A DNA stretch of 64,000 bases from Octopus sinensis (taxonomy: Eukaryota), in contig NC_043013.1 of assembly GCF_006345805.1 (NCBI RefSeq), forward strand, positions 30,318,001 through 30,382,000. The letters run 5' to 3'. The notes below the pieces were generated by a model that had not been told where the DNA came from, did no database searches, and saw nothing but the letters and a program-made list of their open reading frames with translations. Below are positions 40,023 through 55,269 of this stretch, piece by piece (within the stretch, counting starts at the first letter, position 1; each line of letters begins with the position of its first letter). The translations under genes and the position numbers were made by a program.

Positions 40023-40300
40023 GGGAGTGGCTGTGTGGTAAGTAGCCTGCTTACCAAGCAAATGGTTCCGGGTTCAGTCCCACTCCGTGACACCTTGGGC
40101 AAGTGTCTTCTACTATAGCCCCAGGCGGACCAAATCCTTGTGAGTGGATTCGCTAGACGGAAACTGTGTTTCCTCTCTACCATCGCTTGACAACCGATGT
40201 TGGTAAGTTAGCGGCTCGGCAAACGAGATCCAATAGAATAAGTACTAGACTTGCTCTAGCATGGCCGCAATCAAATAACTGTCACAAATAAAGAATAAAA
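40023..40300 (+). mobile_element. tRNA-derived CORE-like SINE (internally deleted)
   Basis: GGGAGTGGCTGTGTGGTAAG...GGTTCAGTCCC...ACCTTGGGCAAGTGTCTT, i.e. A/B boxes plus a CORE-like motif. Confidence 0.8.
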
Positions 40301-40527
40301 TAATAGAACACACACACACACATTTATTCTACTTTGATAAATCAATTGAATTTTACAACAGACGTGGTACTGTTTGAAAACCTTAACTTAGTATTAATGA
40401 TTCTTTGTCTTCTAGTTAACTGCCTATATTGATTTCAGTGTAAGATGTCTCGTGTACAAGTCAAGCAAATATGAAACAATGGACACATGAATTGTGTTTT
40501 CAAATCAACTTCCAGTTTTACATATGC

Positions 40528-40573
<46 letters not shown>

Positions 40574-40574
<1 letters not shown>

Positions 40575-42010
40575 CCCAAAAATTTTTACAAGAAGGTAGG
40601 AAAACACCAGTTACTGTAAAGTCTGTACAATCAAAAGAAGTGCAGGGATTTTGGAATAAAATTTGGGCAGAAGAAAAAACACACAGCGAAAAGGCTCCCC
40701 TGGATTGATAGAATATCTAAAGAACTGGACTCCTTAGAAGATCAAAAGTGGGAGGGTGTCAAGGTAGAAGATATAAGATCTGCTCTCAGGAGGTCAAGCA
40801 AATGGAAGTCTCCAGGAAAGGATAAAATCCCTAACTTCTGGTTGAATGCCTTCCCAGAGAGCCATGAACTGCTAACAGAACTTTACAATGATGTTTTGCA
40901 ACACTCTAGTAGGATGCTTCCATGGCTAGTTAATGGGTTAATATTCTGCTTCCAAAATAGTGAAGAAGCAAATGAACTAAAAAGCTATAGACCCATAACC
41001 TGCTTAACAACTGTGTATAAAACACTAACATCTGTCCTGACGGAATATACCTATAGTTTTTTTGACAGACAGCAGCATATTCCCTAATGAACATAAAGGA
41101 TGTAAACGTGGATCCTACGGTTGTAAAGATCAACTACTCATCAATAAGATGATCTTAGAAGATTGTCACAAACGACACAAAAACTTATCAGTAGCCTGGA
41201 TAGACTATAAAAAGGTTTTTGATAGCCTACCACATAGCTGGATTAAGAAATCCCTAGAAATGTATAAGATAGCACCTACTCTGCGAAACCTTTTGTCTGT
41301 AAGTATGAGATCATGGAGAACCACACTAACTTTGAACAGTGACAATGAATCTCTAAATGCTGGTGATGTAAAAATTTCATGTGGCATTTTCCAGGGTGAC
41401 TCACTATCACCACTCCTCTTCTGTTTAGCCTTAATACCTCTCTCAAAACTGCTCGATGACGCGCAGTACGGATATAAAATGTTTGATAAAAATATAAATC
41501 ATCTCATTTACAAGGATGATTTAAAGCTCTTTGCAAAAATGACCAACAACTCAAGGGCTTACTAGCTATTGTCAAACAATTCAGTGATGACATCCGAATG
41601 CAATTTGGCCTCGATAAATGTGCAAAAGCTACCTTTATCAAAGGAAAAATGACAGAAACAGCTAACGTTAACCTTGACCAGCAGAATGTCATAAAAGAAT
41701 TAGACCCAACGGAGAACTACAAGTATCTAGGTGTAATTGAAGGAGACGGAATAAGGCATTCAGAGATGAAGGAATGGATCAGGAGAGAATGTTATCGCAG
41801 AGTAAGAGCAATACTCAAGACAGAGTTGAATGCGAGAAACAGGATCGAAGCGATCAATGCATTAGCCATACCAGTCGTGACTTACAGTTTCAATATCGTT
41901 AACTGGTCAATTACTGAAATATGTAATCTTGACAAAAAAATACGAAAACTGTTGACAATGCATAGAATGCACCACCCTAATGCAGTTACAGAACGACTTC
42001 CTGCTCTCTG
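40574..42010 (+). mobile_element. R4/Dong-type non-LTR retrotransposon fragment (RT domain) abutting (TAA)n
   Basis: YRPITCLTTVYK; GCKDQLLINK...WIDYKKVFDSLPH...GIFQGDSLSPLLF...HLIYKDDLKLFAK; FGLDKCAK...YKYLGV. Frameshifted. Confidence 0.9.
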
Positions 42011-42014
42011 GATT

Positions 42015-42309
42015 GAAAATTTCTGAGGATTCAGGAGCCTATTCTGCGAGCTATATCGACATTGTTATTAATGTGAGCACTCCGGCAAAGCGTGTTGTCA
42101 ATAATTAATCCTAAGCCTCTTAAAGTATGGGATGTTCCAAGTAGTTCACCTGAAGGAAGAGAACTTGGTTGTTTGAGCGCATATATTTTCCAAACTGCGA
42201 GTTCCAGTTTTTCCCATATTTTGGATTTCATTTCAGGTAAGCATTTCGGAGATTGGAGTCATCTGCGAATATTTTTTATATTTTGCTGCGTTTGATGGCG
42301 TTTGATATG

Positions 42310-42361
<52 letters not shown>

Positions 42362-42395
42362 TATATATATATATATATATACACACACATATATA

Positions 42396-42466
<71 letters not shown>

Positions 42467-42900
42467 TATATATATGTATATATACTGGATTCCAATAGTG
42501 GACAATTTTAACAGGGGGATATTGTAGATGAATATGTCAAACGCTTTGTGTGAAGTCAAGATGCATGTTATCAGAGTTTCAACCAGCTTCCAAAGCTTTA
42601 AGGACATCATGGATATGATATAGGAGCTGTGTCAGACAGTACCTGCCACAGTGAAAACCATTATGGATGGAATTAAGAAGGTTGTGGCTCTGCAGTTAAC
42701 CTTGATTTCTTCAAACTTTCAAGCACTTTGTTAATATGGGAACGAATGAGAATGGACGAAAGTTAATTGCAACGGACGTGTTTCTATTTTTGAAGACTGG
42801 GGTAGAAGATTTGGATAAAACTGTTCTGGTACATAGCCTGAGTCTAAAGAATTTCTCCAGAGGTTTGTTACATGTGATACAAGTCGGTGTGTGCATTGCT
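42015..42900 (-). mobile_element. CR1/L2-type LINE RT fragment interrupted by a (TA)n tract (42317-42484)
   Basis: TPVFKNRNTSVAINFRPFSFVPILTKCLK; GF..GRYCLTQLL..DVLKALE...HLDF; KIFADDSNL; LGLIIDNTL..SAHIN. Confidence 0.75.
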
Positions 42901-43329
42901 ACAGGTTACTAGCAGAGAATCTATCAGACCTTCCTGGAGCATAGTTCTTGATTTCATTTATTGCTCATAAGATGTATGAGACAGTAAATATTATGCAACA
43001 AATGACATGTTCATGATTGAATTCATTCAGACCAATTGCATGAATTTCAGTAGAATTACGAAAGAAGAGCAATTGTGCTTCTGCTGTGTTTCTACCAGTT
43101 TTTAGCGCCGTGGTGGGGAATGGATACATGTACAGAGTTATGATATAATTAAATAGATACTCCATAAAAATTGCTTTATGTTTATTCTAACCTGTAATGG
43201 TTTATATTTTTTATTAATTGACATTTTTATGTTTCAGGCTCTATATGTAACTCTTTAATCATGCCGTGTACAAGAGAAGACTTGTAATTGTCTGAATTTC
43301 AAAGAGGTCATATTGTGGGTCATTCCGAA

Positions 43330-44110
43330 GGTGGACATAGCGTAAAATCGCAGAAACCTTGGTATCATGCTTTCTACAGTTTATAGAGTGATTGTGAAAT
43401 TCATCAGAAAGGGGAAAGAGTCCGCGTAACCTCGCGCAGATCAACCAGGGCCCTCTGACATTGCCCTTCTCTTCGTTAAGAGAAGAGTGGAGGATAATCC
43501 TCGTTGCAAGGCCTCTGACATAGCAGAACAAGATGATATCTGTTCCAGAACAGGTATCATGTATCTGCACAAACTCGATTACTATGGGAGAGCAGAAAGA
43601 AGGACGCCACATCTTCGACCAACCAACATCAAGCGTACAAATAATTGGATCAGTGAGATGATGGAGAGACCACTAGCATTTTAGGAGACAATTATATACT
43701 CTGATGAGTCCAGATTTGCTGTATTTCCTGACAATGGTCGCGTTTGGGTCTGGAGACTGTGATCAAGAGTATGACGTGAAAAGATGCAGCGAGGAATGAA
43801 GCACAACAGCTATTCTGCGATGATCTGGGGGTGCAATTTGGAGCAATTGTCAATCAGAGCAGGTGGAATTTGTGGGAGATATAAACTCAGATAAATGCGT
43901 TTCCATATTGCAGAAAAGACTATTAGTAGATAAAATATCTCCTACAGTGTACAGTCAGGCCAATCGACTACATCTCCCTACAATCCCTGTTTGGGATTAT
44001 ACCAATGTAGGTAATCTGGCATAGAACAGAAATTCGATTGTTGGATGATTTGTATTAGAATAAGTAACCATAAGAAATCTGCACAATAATTTATTTGAAG
44101 TCTTCTGCAA
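43330..44110 (+). mobile_element. Decayed Tc1-type transposon (boundaries approximate)
   Basis: MEDNPRCKASDIA...LHKLDYYGRAERRTPHLRPTNIKR...IIYSDESRFAVFPDNGRVWVWR, then a MIWG motif. Confidence 0.75.
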
Positions 44111-44584
44111 CAGTTATGAAGTACCTCATGGTTTTATTTCACATATTCAATTTACTTTGAAATATAAAGGTCTCAGAATATTTGGAATCCTTATTCTCAT
44201 AAGTAGTTAAGAAATTGAATCCAATCTCTTACTCGATACATTCGTTCAAATTATAAAATGATTTCTTGCTCTTAATATTATTTTAGGCTATATATGTATT
44301 TTTCTCCACAAAAGAGATGAAGCTTTTCGTTGTGTAAGTAATACTTTCCAACTATGCTCTCATTAACTTTCTACAATGAAAGTATATTGGAAACAATTGT
44401 TTCAATTCCTTTCATGTGGGATCCACTCACAAAACATACATTAAATCAAAATAAGTACAACAGAAATAGATAAGAGAAAGAAAGAGCTGAGGAGGAAGTG
44501 AGTGAAGAGAGGGAGAAAAGAGAGGAAGAGCGAAAAAAAGAGACAGACCGATATTTAGGAAGGACAAGGAAGATGTAGATATAT

Positions 44585-44973
44585 TCTTTTCTACTCTAGA
44601 CATAACGCCCAAAATTTTGGGGGAGGGGCCAGTCGATCCCAGTACGCTATTGATACTTAATTTATCGACCCTGAAAGGAGGAAAGGCAAATTCGATCTCG
44701 ATGGAATTTGAACCCAGAAGGTACAGACAGTCGAAATACCTATTTCTTTACTACCCACAAGGGGCTAAATACAGAGAGGACAAACAAGGACAGACAAACG
44801 GATTAAGTCGATTATATCGACTCCGGTGCGTAACTGGTACTTATTTAATCGATCCCAAAAGGATGAAAAGTAAAATCGACCTCGGCGGAATTTGAACTCA
44901 GAACGTAACGGCAGATGAAATACGGCTACGCACTTCGCCCGGCGTGCTAACGTTTCTGCCAGCTCACCGCCTT
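44585..44973 (-). mobile_element. Two-module composite Deu/Nin-type SINE
   Basis: Same architecture as 16692-17208 with two cores. Confidence 0.9.
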
Positions 44974-45402
44974 AAAGAAGATAGAGATATAGAGGTAGAG
45001 TTCAATGTGAAAATGTAATACATGCTGATTATAGTTGATAGTATCTATACTGTGTGATCATTCATTCATTTAATATATATATTTAATATATTCATACGAG
45101 AATGTATATCAGCATCTATATTGGAGAACTAGTCATTTTCAAAGTATGTTATTATAGGTATGCATACAATGTTGCTGCAGTTTAATACTACGTTAGTTCA
45201 AAGTTTGTGATATATGTTCAAATAGGTTTCCACGTTAACAGCTCCGTGATTTCTTCTCAGACAGACTAAGTCTATCAGTCCAATGAGCAATGCTATTTTA
45301 ATGTGACTCCGTGAGTGTTTCGTTATCATTACTAACAGGCCAAATAACCGTTCAGATCACAATTGAGAAAATCCCTGATCTGCGGGTAATTTTTTGCTAT
45401 AT

Positions 45403-45640
45403 AAGGTGGCGAGCTGGCAGAATCGTTAGCACGCCAGGTAAAATGCTTAGCGACATTTCTTCTGTCTTTTTGTTCTGAGTTCAAATTCCGCCAAGGTAAA
45501 TTTGTTGTTACCTTTTGGTGGGTGGGTGGTGGGTCCATAATTTAACTTCCAGCCGATTACATCTGGAATTTGACTTGTCTCATTTCCCCGGAACTGGTGG
45601 CTTTGTGCCAAATTTTGAAATCAGCATTTCGCCTATATTC
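45403..45640 (+). mobile_element. Deu/Nin-type SINE, plus strand, partly decayed
   Basis: AAGGTGGCGAGCTGGCAGAATCGTTAGCACGCC...GTTCTGAGTTCAAATTCCGCC. Confidence 0.7.
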
Positions 45641-45734
45641 AAAATGTAGCCTAGCAGTGACGAGGTTGCTAACAGTACATACGTACATACACACACGCGC
45701 GCGCACACACAAACACACGCACATACATTCACAC

Positions 45735-45775
<41 letters not shown>

Positions 45776-46901
45776 TCTCATAAAATCTCATGGAAATTTC
45801 ATAAGTACAGAGACATGAACAACCTTATTAATAACAACCTTATTAATAACAACCTTATTAATAATGGATTAGACTTTAGTATTTAAGTATTTAAGTATTT
45901 TCGAAACTAATTATATTATGTTTATCATACTTTGGATTTGGTGGTGCAAATTTAACTCGGACGTCGTATCCTTTATAAGTTACCCTTTATATATGACATT
46001 ATATAGTATATTGTGTTACATTACATATATTATATGCTTTGTATTATAAGCTATGTATTATATGCAATATAACACAATGGTAACCCCTGTCTAGTTAGTC
46101 TGACTTCATTGTATTTGGTGATTACTCTATTCTTTACTCCTAGGAATTTCTACCTTATCAATATATCAAAATGATTTCCAAATCTAACAGATAACAAAAT
46201 AAATAGCGTAATAATACCGAAAGTAGAATTCTATTCCGCTCGAAACATAGACAATTAACATACAAAATCATGCCAACGCATACTTCTAATACATGGGCCT
46301 ACAGTCTCTGAACTGTGCTACTAAAACCTGTCATTTATAACTATTATGAAATCATATAAATGAAGAACGCAAATGTACTTTAACAAACTTCAAAACACCA
46401 CAATATAACAACGCAACACTCAGGAATATACACACTACGGTGAGTACATTCAAAAATCGTTATAGACGCATCTTATATATAGTAAGATAAACAAATAAAA
46501 GTCATACACATCATATATAATTTCAAATACACTCCAGAACTAGGAAACTTCGTGAAAACCAGAGAAACCAGAGGTAGCAACGAGTAATAGGGAAACAATG
46601 GAAAGAACTTTGAAAAAAACTGACAAAGCGTTACCTCCAGTATAATAGATAATACTAAAAGTATAACAGGTTATAGAATAATTAGCTGCATCACTGACAA
46701 TGACGACGGTAATCCGTATTCTTTGTGATAATTCAAATGCTAATTAATGTAGTCGCACTCGAAGCGACAACATCTATCAACTTGGTTCTCATTCACATCA
46801 ACTTATACAATCGAAAACAAAACGATAACATGAGGAATTACAATCTAAATTTGGCAGCACTACAGTTCCTGCAATATGAAGTAAATACATGAATGATACC
46901 A

Positions 46902-47478
<577 letters not shown>

Positions 47479-49180
47479 GACACCATCGCATCAAAATGAA
47501 GGAAAACTGAAACGAAACAGAAGGGCCTCACAAATACCCATTGAAATAATTATGCAATTAACCGCCACAAATTATACGCACGTTCCACTCCACACTTTAA
47601 AATAAACAGAAGACAAAGTACACGACAGAATATTAATCACATTTAATATTAAGGGAACTATATAAGAAGTAATTTTTGTTTAAATAAAAAAAAACAAGAG
47701 TGTGCGACTAAATCATAATCAGTAAGCATGGATGAACGGAGATCTTTGCTCAAATTACGGTGAAACAAATATTATATGATTGAATAACTTTATACAATGT
47801 TCAACAAGAAATCATTTAAATGTGAAGTAACCTGTAAATCCCCCGTGGGGAGGTTTTAATCGTTTCATTAGCCTTTGTACTGTCGAGGGTAATCGGTTTA
47901 CACCTGAACGTATAAAAATCTACTCAGCCAATCAATACCTAACGAAATCAGTGACGACGAAACATTGTATAACATTGATAATAAATGCGAACATATATTG
48001 CTACGCAGAGAAAAAATATCGAAGAACAGAAACATAAATGGAAACAAAAGAATCATGGGAAAATATAGCATTATTATAAAAGAATACATCCTGAAGTGAA
48101 ACGAATACTTTAGCAAATTATTTCCACAAAGCGACCTCAGAAGAGACGTTTTGAATGCATGCTGTCTTCTTTGAGATGAATCACGTATTTTAAGTAAATT
48201 CCGAAATGCAGTTTTTGGGTATGTCAATAAACAATATTATAACACTGTCTTCATCGGATGTTGAAGCATACTGAGAAAAGATATTGGTCTAAATATATTC
48301 AGTACTATGTAAAAATAAAATAAAATAAACCTAGCAATAATATTACCCTCTAGGTGTACGATAATTAGTGTGAAAATGAGAAACACGATAAAAGATTTCA
48401 ATCAACTTAATCTCGCTGGGAAGTGGTTAAGCTTTCACATTCTCCGAAAATATCTAATCAGTCTTCATGAATTTATAGCAACGTTATTCAAGGAATTAAT
48501 GAAAAGGCCATAATTATCACTTGATTGGTAAGAGGAAAGGAAATTAAAATTGTTTCCACCGAAAGAAGAATACCATGAACCTTCTGATAAAAGCAGTTAT
48601 CTTTACTTGTATCTTGAGAACAACCGCAGCCCGTACGTCAATATACCATTATGAACTGGCGGAAAACTAATAACATCTTTCGCTATGTGGCGAAATGATG
48701 GCAAAAATAATTGTGTAGCTGTAAAGTGCAGTTGAGTGGCGGTTTTTTGGCAATAATTTAACACAGGATAAAGAAAAAAAATATTTTATGCCAAGTCATG
48801 AATACAGGAAAGTTTTTGATTATATACTTCTTTCATTCATATTGGAAAACTGAAAAATAAATTATAAATGTGCAGCTGTAGCTCTTTATATGGATCCCCT
48901 ATGTCGGTAACTATATCTTAACTGGGAAAACAAACAAAATAAAGATAAAGGAAATACAATTCTCTGCACAGAGAATAAAATAAATACATCAGATAAACCT
49001 TATTCCTTATGCTCATCGGTATTGTTTGACTCTAATTAGAAATTTGCTGCTGAAAATCGTTTATAGTTTATAAATACTATAGTTGTATTACATATCATTT
49101 GCTTTTAACTTGGGAACGAAAACGTCCGGTTAGAGGAAGTGATATATTCATTTATGAAATTAGTAAAGATATATAAAAGA

Positions 49181-49488
49181 GGCGCAATGGCCCAGTGGTT
49201 AGGGCAGCGAACTCGCGGTTGTAGGATCGCGGTCTTGATTCCCAGACCGGGCGTTGTGAGTGTTTATTGAGCGAAAACACCTAAAGCTCCACGAGGCTCC
49301 GGCAGGGGGTGTTGGCGATCCCTGCTGTACTCTTTCGCCACAACTTTCTCTCACTCTTTCTACTGTTGGCCTGCTCGCTTAGCCAGCGGGCTGGCGTCAT
49401 TTGAAGGCTAAAACAATGCGAAGCGCATTTTGACCAACGATGTGTAACAACATCTGATAGCCTGGTCGGTCACGGTGATCACGGTGAT
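49181..49488 (+). mobile_element. Well-preserved tRNA-derived SINE with 10-bp TSD
   Basis: Head GGCGCAATGGCCCAGTGGTTAGGGCAGCG...TTGATTCCC and tail (TCACGGTGA)x2. ATATAAAAGA lies at 49171-49180 and 49487-49496. Confidence 0.85.
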
Positions 49489-50712
49489 ATAAAAGAGTAT
49501 GATTTTACAGAAATGTGCAAAACAGTCAAAGAATAGGTAAAGTACTAGAGATTGAGAACGTGCAAGTAAGTCAAAACATGAACTCGGAGAAACATCCTTG
49601 CGGCTACTTAGGGAAAATGTAACATAAATGGGGGAACATTAAAAATGTTTACGAGAGAAGACCAAGAAAATGTTTAAAACTGAAATCATTTCAGAAGATA
49701 ACACTTAGAAATAAACTACCTTTTTTAGTCCCAATCTACTGATGCAACATAATAAATTGTAAGTTAAGTGAATTGAAGTGGTTAGACAAGTAAACTAGAG
49801 GAGTAATGACAACGTTTCCAAGTCCATTAGCGTAAATTCGATATAAATATGATACAAGTATGCTATAAAATGAAGTGCAAAGACTGATAGAGAGAACCAT
49901 TACAAAGTAACGACTATGTGTCTAGGATCATTCTTAGAATGAAGGAATGTGAAGCCGATTATTATGATATAGAAATATGAAGGACATATAAACAAAAAGA
50001 AATAAAATAACTGAAACAATAGACTGGAAACTAAAAAGCTTGTTCATATTTCATTGATCCGAATGGTTCAGAAAAAATGCAAAAACAACAATGAAGGCAA
50101 ATATAACAGAAATCAAAATCAAAATAAACTGAAAGATATACAAACGAGGACAAAGGAGAGAAAACGCAATCTCTAGTCTACGTTCTATAAGCCTCGACAG
50201 AGACAAAATAAGAGAACATGAGTTCCAACGTTAATAATTATTTCTGGACTAAAATTAGAAAATAAATATCTGTTGTGACCTGCACTTGATCAGAAAAGAA
50301 GTCGTAAATTATAACAGGAGAATTATGAAGCTGCCAGCAAACTATGGTTTATATTTGGCTTTGTGGTTATTACATATTTTTTTATAATCTCGTGATTTTA
50401 ACTTCGTCCATATTGTGTAGCATAGTTTTCAAACAATTCCCACGATACTGTCGGGGGGAGCAATGGCTGGTGAGTGGAAAGTTAAGGAAGATTAAACAGT
50501 TATTCAATAAACTCGAACTCTTGCTTCTTGTAAACAAATATGGAGTAGATGAATATGAGAAGGAGAAAGCTTTAAACTTCCAAATTTACATACAAATGAA
50601 ACATATATTTATTTTTATGTATCACAACACCCATATCACAATTTGTATTACACTGTTAGCACCCAATATTATCATATAACTCAGGCTGCGCATATGCAAC
50701 AGTGTTACACTC

Positions 50713-52643
50713 GGATCTTTTCCTTTTGAAAGCCAGATTTGAAACTTCGTATACTGGTAGAATGTGTCAAAATAAAACATAATTGTAAACCAAAATGAAA
50801 ACGGAATTGTAATTTCTAAGTTTAACGTTGTTTAAAAATTCGAATTTTAACCAATGATATTCTTTCTTTCGGCCTCATATTATTTACTGCTTCTCAAAAT
50901 ATTGTTACTGTGACGTAAACAGCTATTTTGTGTCGTAGTTAACATAACTAAAATGTAAATATCACCGTCCCATATAACAAAGTCCTAAACAGACAGAATA
51001 ATAATAAAAATACGGCGGGCTTTCGAAATAGCGGTCGAGAATAAAATGAAATGTCGATGGTAAATTTTTGGAGGGGTTTCGGTAATTTTCGTCTAAAATA
51101 CATGTAATTCGCATTAAATCTTATTTTTCTGAAAAATCCACGTTTTAAAACATTTTAACTGCCCACCACTTCATCGTGCCTTTGGAGTAGGTGTCACACG
51201 TGGGATGGTCAAACCTAGAATACCTTTCATCATAGGTAATTGCTTGGAGTTCACCTTGAGAGCTAAAACTATATATTTAGTTTCGATATAAAAAATAAAA
51301 TTTCACAAAATTTTGGCACAAGACCAACAATTTGGGAGGAGGGGTTAATCGATTACATTGACTGGTACTTAATTGATCATGAAGGTAAAGTCGACGACGA
51401 GGGTAACGTGAGTAGTCGGAAGAAATGCCACAAGGTATTTTGTTCGACGCACGAACGATTCTGCCAGCTTGCCCCACTTCCTTCCTTAATAATATTTCTT
51501 TCCCCAGTAAGTACAAAGCCTGAAGCTGATGGGAAGAACTAGTCGATTGTATTCAACTGGTACTTATTCTATAAGCGCCGCCCGAAAGAAGGAAAGCTCA
51601 GCAATATTCGAACACGGAACGTAAAGATTCGTAAGAAATGACGCTAGGCATTTTATCCGATGCACTACCGATTCTGCCAGCTTTACATTATATTTTTCGT
51701 CGAAGTTTAACTATGTCACCTTGATGATATATTATTACGCGTGGACAAATAATAGAGAGATAATGTGGATCAGATGATATTACATGCTGACAAGGGCTTG
51801 GTAAAGGACTGTTAGAATGTTTAGGGATACGGTCCTATACGTTCGGGTTTCAACCCTCACCGGAATTCAAAACAAGCCGTCTGTTCTTCCACGGTCGAGA
51901 AAATACATCGATCAAGTATTGGAGATCGATATAAATGATTATACCCTCCACTCACCCCAAAATATATGCTTTATGTCTATAATCAATATTACAAATATAT
52001 TGTTATTGCTATTTAACTCAGGTCATCCTGATAAACCCGGTTGAGGATCAAAGGGTTCCAACTATGACCAACCCGTATTTTTGCGCCTCCCCTTTTTTTC
52101 AGATATAGCATCTATGATTATATTAGCCAATGTACCCTTCCTTTAACCCAGTAGTATATGGTTTTAAGGGGATTTGGGTGTTATTCCTAGCACATCGACG
52201 AGCGAAAACGCAGAGGGGCCTTGATTATGTGCGAGTATGCGTATAGATGGGTACGTGTGTGTTTGTGGGTGCATACAAGCCAAATAACCGGTTCAAGGCG
52301 TGTGTCAAACTTAAGAATCAAAGCGTGTGCACAAGTTTATAGTAAATATATACATTGTATAGAGAAAACACCCGAAGCCTATACAAAAACACTGAATATG
52401 TGTTTATTATTCATCCAAAGTAAACGTCACAAAACAGCTGTTTACGTCACAGTAACAATATGTTTAGACGGAGCAAATAATTTCAATTCAATACAGAGAA
52501 TACGATTGGTTAAAATTCGCAGATTTAAACTACGTTTAAACTTATAAAATACATTTTTGTCAAAAAAACTAGTTGAAATTATTGTTTTCTTTTGACACAT
52601 TCTACCAGTATACGAAGTTTCAAATTATTTAGTTAACTAGAAA
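50713..52643. mobile_element. Older, larger relative of the 10525-11220 long-TIR element, with nested repeats
   Basis: The left end is GGATCTTTTCCTTTTGAA...AAACTTCGTATACTGGTAGAATGTGTC and the right arm has GACACATTCTACCAGTATACGAAGTTT. A second perfect inverted pair is ATATTGTTACTGTGACGTAAACAGCT (~50900) / AGCTGTTTACGTCACAGTAACAATAT (~52437). Confidence 0.6.
51315..51685 (-). mobile_element. Two old Deu/Nin-type SINE copies
   Basis: Degenerate CTGGTACTTA..., GATTCTGCCAGCT motifs occur twice. Confidence 0.5.
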
Positions 52644-54414
52644 AATCTGAAAATAATAATAATAATAATAACACTCCATTTCAAAAACATTTATCTACAT
52701 AGTACACAGACGGCATGTTAAAATATCACAACACTAGTAACACCAAGACAAAGTAAAGCTGATGTTGTATGCCATACATTTCAAATGGTGGTGCTGTAAA
52801 TGTTCAAAGGAAGTTTACATGAAACTTTCAAAAATAGATCACGCAAATTAAGGAATTTTGTTCTTACCGTTAATATTAATTTTCTTTCTATTTCTTAAGG
52901 TGCTATCGCATCGGAAATGATCTGAAATGATGTGTTTATGTGTGAATGATAAAGATGATTAGCCTAGTTATTATATAGAACTCGCGTAAAAATAGACAAA
53001 AGAATAAAACGTCAGCGATTAGAGGAAAAGGCATTCGATGGATTTGAAACAGTGTATTAGAATGTATCACTCTTTAGTGTTAAACAATATTTTGCACTGT
53101 CCTAGTTAGAGTTTGTATTTTAAGATTTCAGCATATGAAATTGATTTCATGGGCCAGGGAAGTGAGATCGCACTGAAGGTGATGTCATTGACTGACACTC
53201 TATCTCGAAATTTAAAGCACTATGAAAAGTATGAAGCGTCAGAAGAAATAAGAAAAAGCATTGTTCGAAGCTCTAACGATTCACGTGGTGTCAATAGTAA
53301 TAATTCTTTCTACAATCGACACAAGGCCAAAAACAAGTTGGGGGCAGGATGATAATTTAATTACACCATCCCCAGGGTGCACAGTTACTTATTTTCCGGT
53401 CTCTTTATTATGAAATAGCAGTTTTAAAAAAAATTCTTATGATGTTATCATAACATAATGACCTAAATAGAAAACTTAATAAAATGCGAATCAGTACATA
53501 TTTTGTATTACTTGATTCTCACTTCGAATACCCTTTGATCTGCGTCAAAAGAAAAATGTAGGATCACAGATCCATTGCGTATATGCTATCAAATTTATTT
53601 ATCTACATCTGACATTAATACAACTAACACCCAGTCTCCATTTTCGGAGACGCCATCGTATTATATAAGTATTTTTCTTTTAAAATGCACATATTACTGT
53701 CAATTGCAAAGATGCTATAAACGATTAAGTATATTTCCGTCACTTTCAAAATCTAATCTCCACTTATGAACTTTGGTTTGTTGGAAAAATTGCAAAATAA
53801 TCTACTCTCTTTTCAGATCTTGTATCGTGCCAAAGATAATTTGAAGACAAGTTCTATCATTTTTAAAGGATCTGAGCCATTCATCGATCTGGATTAAAAC
53901 AGTTGCCAACTTACTGCAAATTCCTTAGTTAACCAAAAATTACTGAACATTTCTTTATTGTTATATCCATTTGTGAAAAAGAAAACCAATTGCCTTGTTT
54001 TGCATAATTGATATAAATAGTATTTGAAGTAAAATTTAGTATGGGGTCTAATTTGCTATGCATTTATATGTGCGAATTGAATACAGCGGAATCTATTTCA
54101 AATACGTCACCATATAAATTCATTAAACTCGAAACATGAAGCATTCTATGAAACTACTAAAATTTGAAATCCTGACACGAATAAACGGCGTAGGAAAAGT
54201 CTATGATTATAATGCCCCAAATCATAAGTTATTACAACGACACCAGCACGCAGAGGTTTAAATAAAAAGAAGGAAGTGTGAAAAGCATTTGAAAATGATT
54301 TAATCTCTTTTCAAAAGACGAAAACATAGGTTCATACGCAAACTCATGCACACGCACATTTACATACGATATATGCATATATATATATTATATATATATA
54401 TATATATGTGTGTG

Positions 54415-54468
<54 letters not shown>

Positions 54469-54633
54469 GTATATGTGTGTGTTTGTACATATGTGTATGT
54501 TTGTGCGTTTTAGTGTGTTGGCTGATGCATGTAAGTATATGCTTCGTGAAGCCGAGGAAAAAAATTCGACACTGATTTGAATAATGTATTATACGTTTGG
54601 AAGTTGTTACTAAATCTCTCTCTCTCTCTCTCT

Positions 54634-54676
<43 letters not shown>

Positions 54677-55269
54677 GCTAGCTAGCTACCTGTCTATCTG
54701 TTTATCTGTCTGTCTGTTTGTATGTCTGCCTGTCTAAACATCTATAAATAAGAACCAATAAGCGTGAACAGCTCAGGAAAGAAACATTTCTTCGTCCATA
54801 GAAGGTATCACGTTCCATTTGGTTAATCAATTTTCAATATCGTTTACAGTAAAGGGATTGTTACTAAGTAATTAAAATGCTAAATAGATAATTCACAAAA
54901 AGAAATAACATTAGACTAATGGATACTCTTATTTTAATACACTATAGTTTAAATTCTAAAAATTGAAAGATCAATATAGAATTTAAATATTCATTCAGCA
55001 CTTAAACATAATGATTCCAATTTATCGAAATGGCCTTGACGACTTTAAAGAATATGCCATGTTTCGTTTACATAAAAGATGTCAATATATTTTAAATGTC
55101 ATATAAAGTTATTAAGTTATCAATATTGGTTTCAAATATCGGCACAAGACCAGCAATTTCGGTGGCGGGGATATGTTTATTACATCGATATCATTGGTCA
55201 GATGCTACTTATTTTATCGGTCATGAAGGGATCTAACGAAAAGTCGACCAAAGACTGGAGGGATACCAG

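Noticed and set aside
45818-45862. 15-bp unit AACAACCTTATTAAT repeated three times
   Set aside because: Ordinary local slippage duplication.
47898-48227. Hydrophobic 109-aa minus-strand ORF
   Set aside because: The hydrophobicity is explained by T-rich composition and no family motif is recognisable.
49181-49255. tRNA gene
   Set aside because: The tRNA-like head continues into a SINE body with a tail and TSD, and no full cloverleaf is present.
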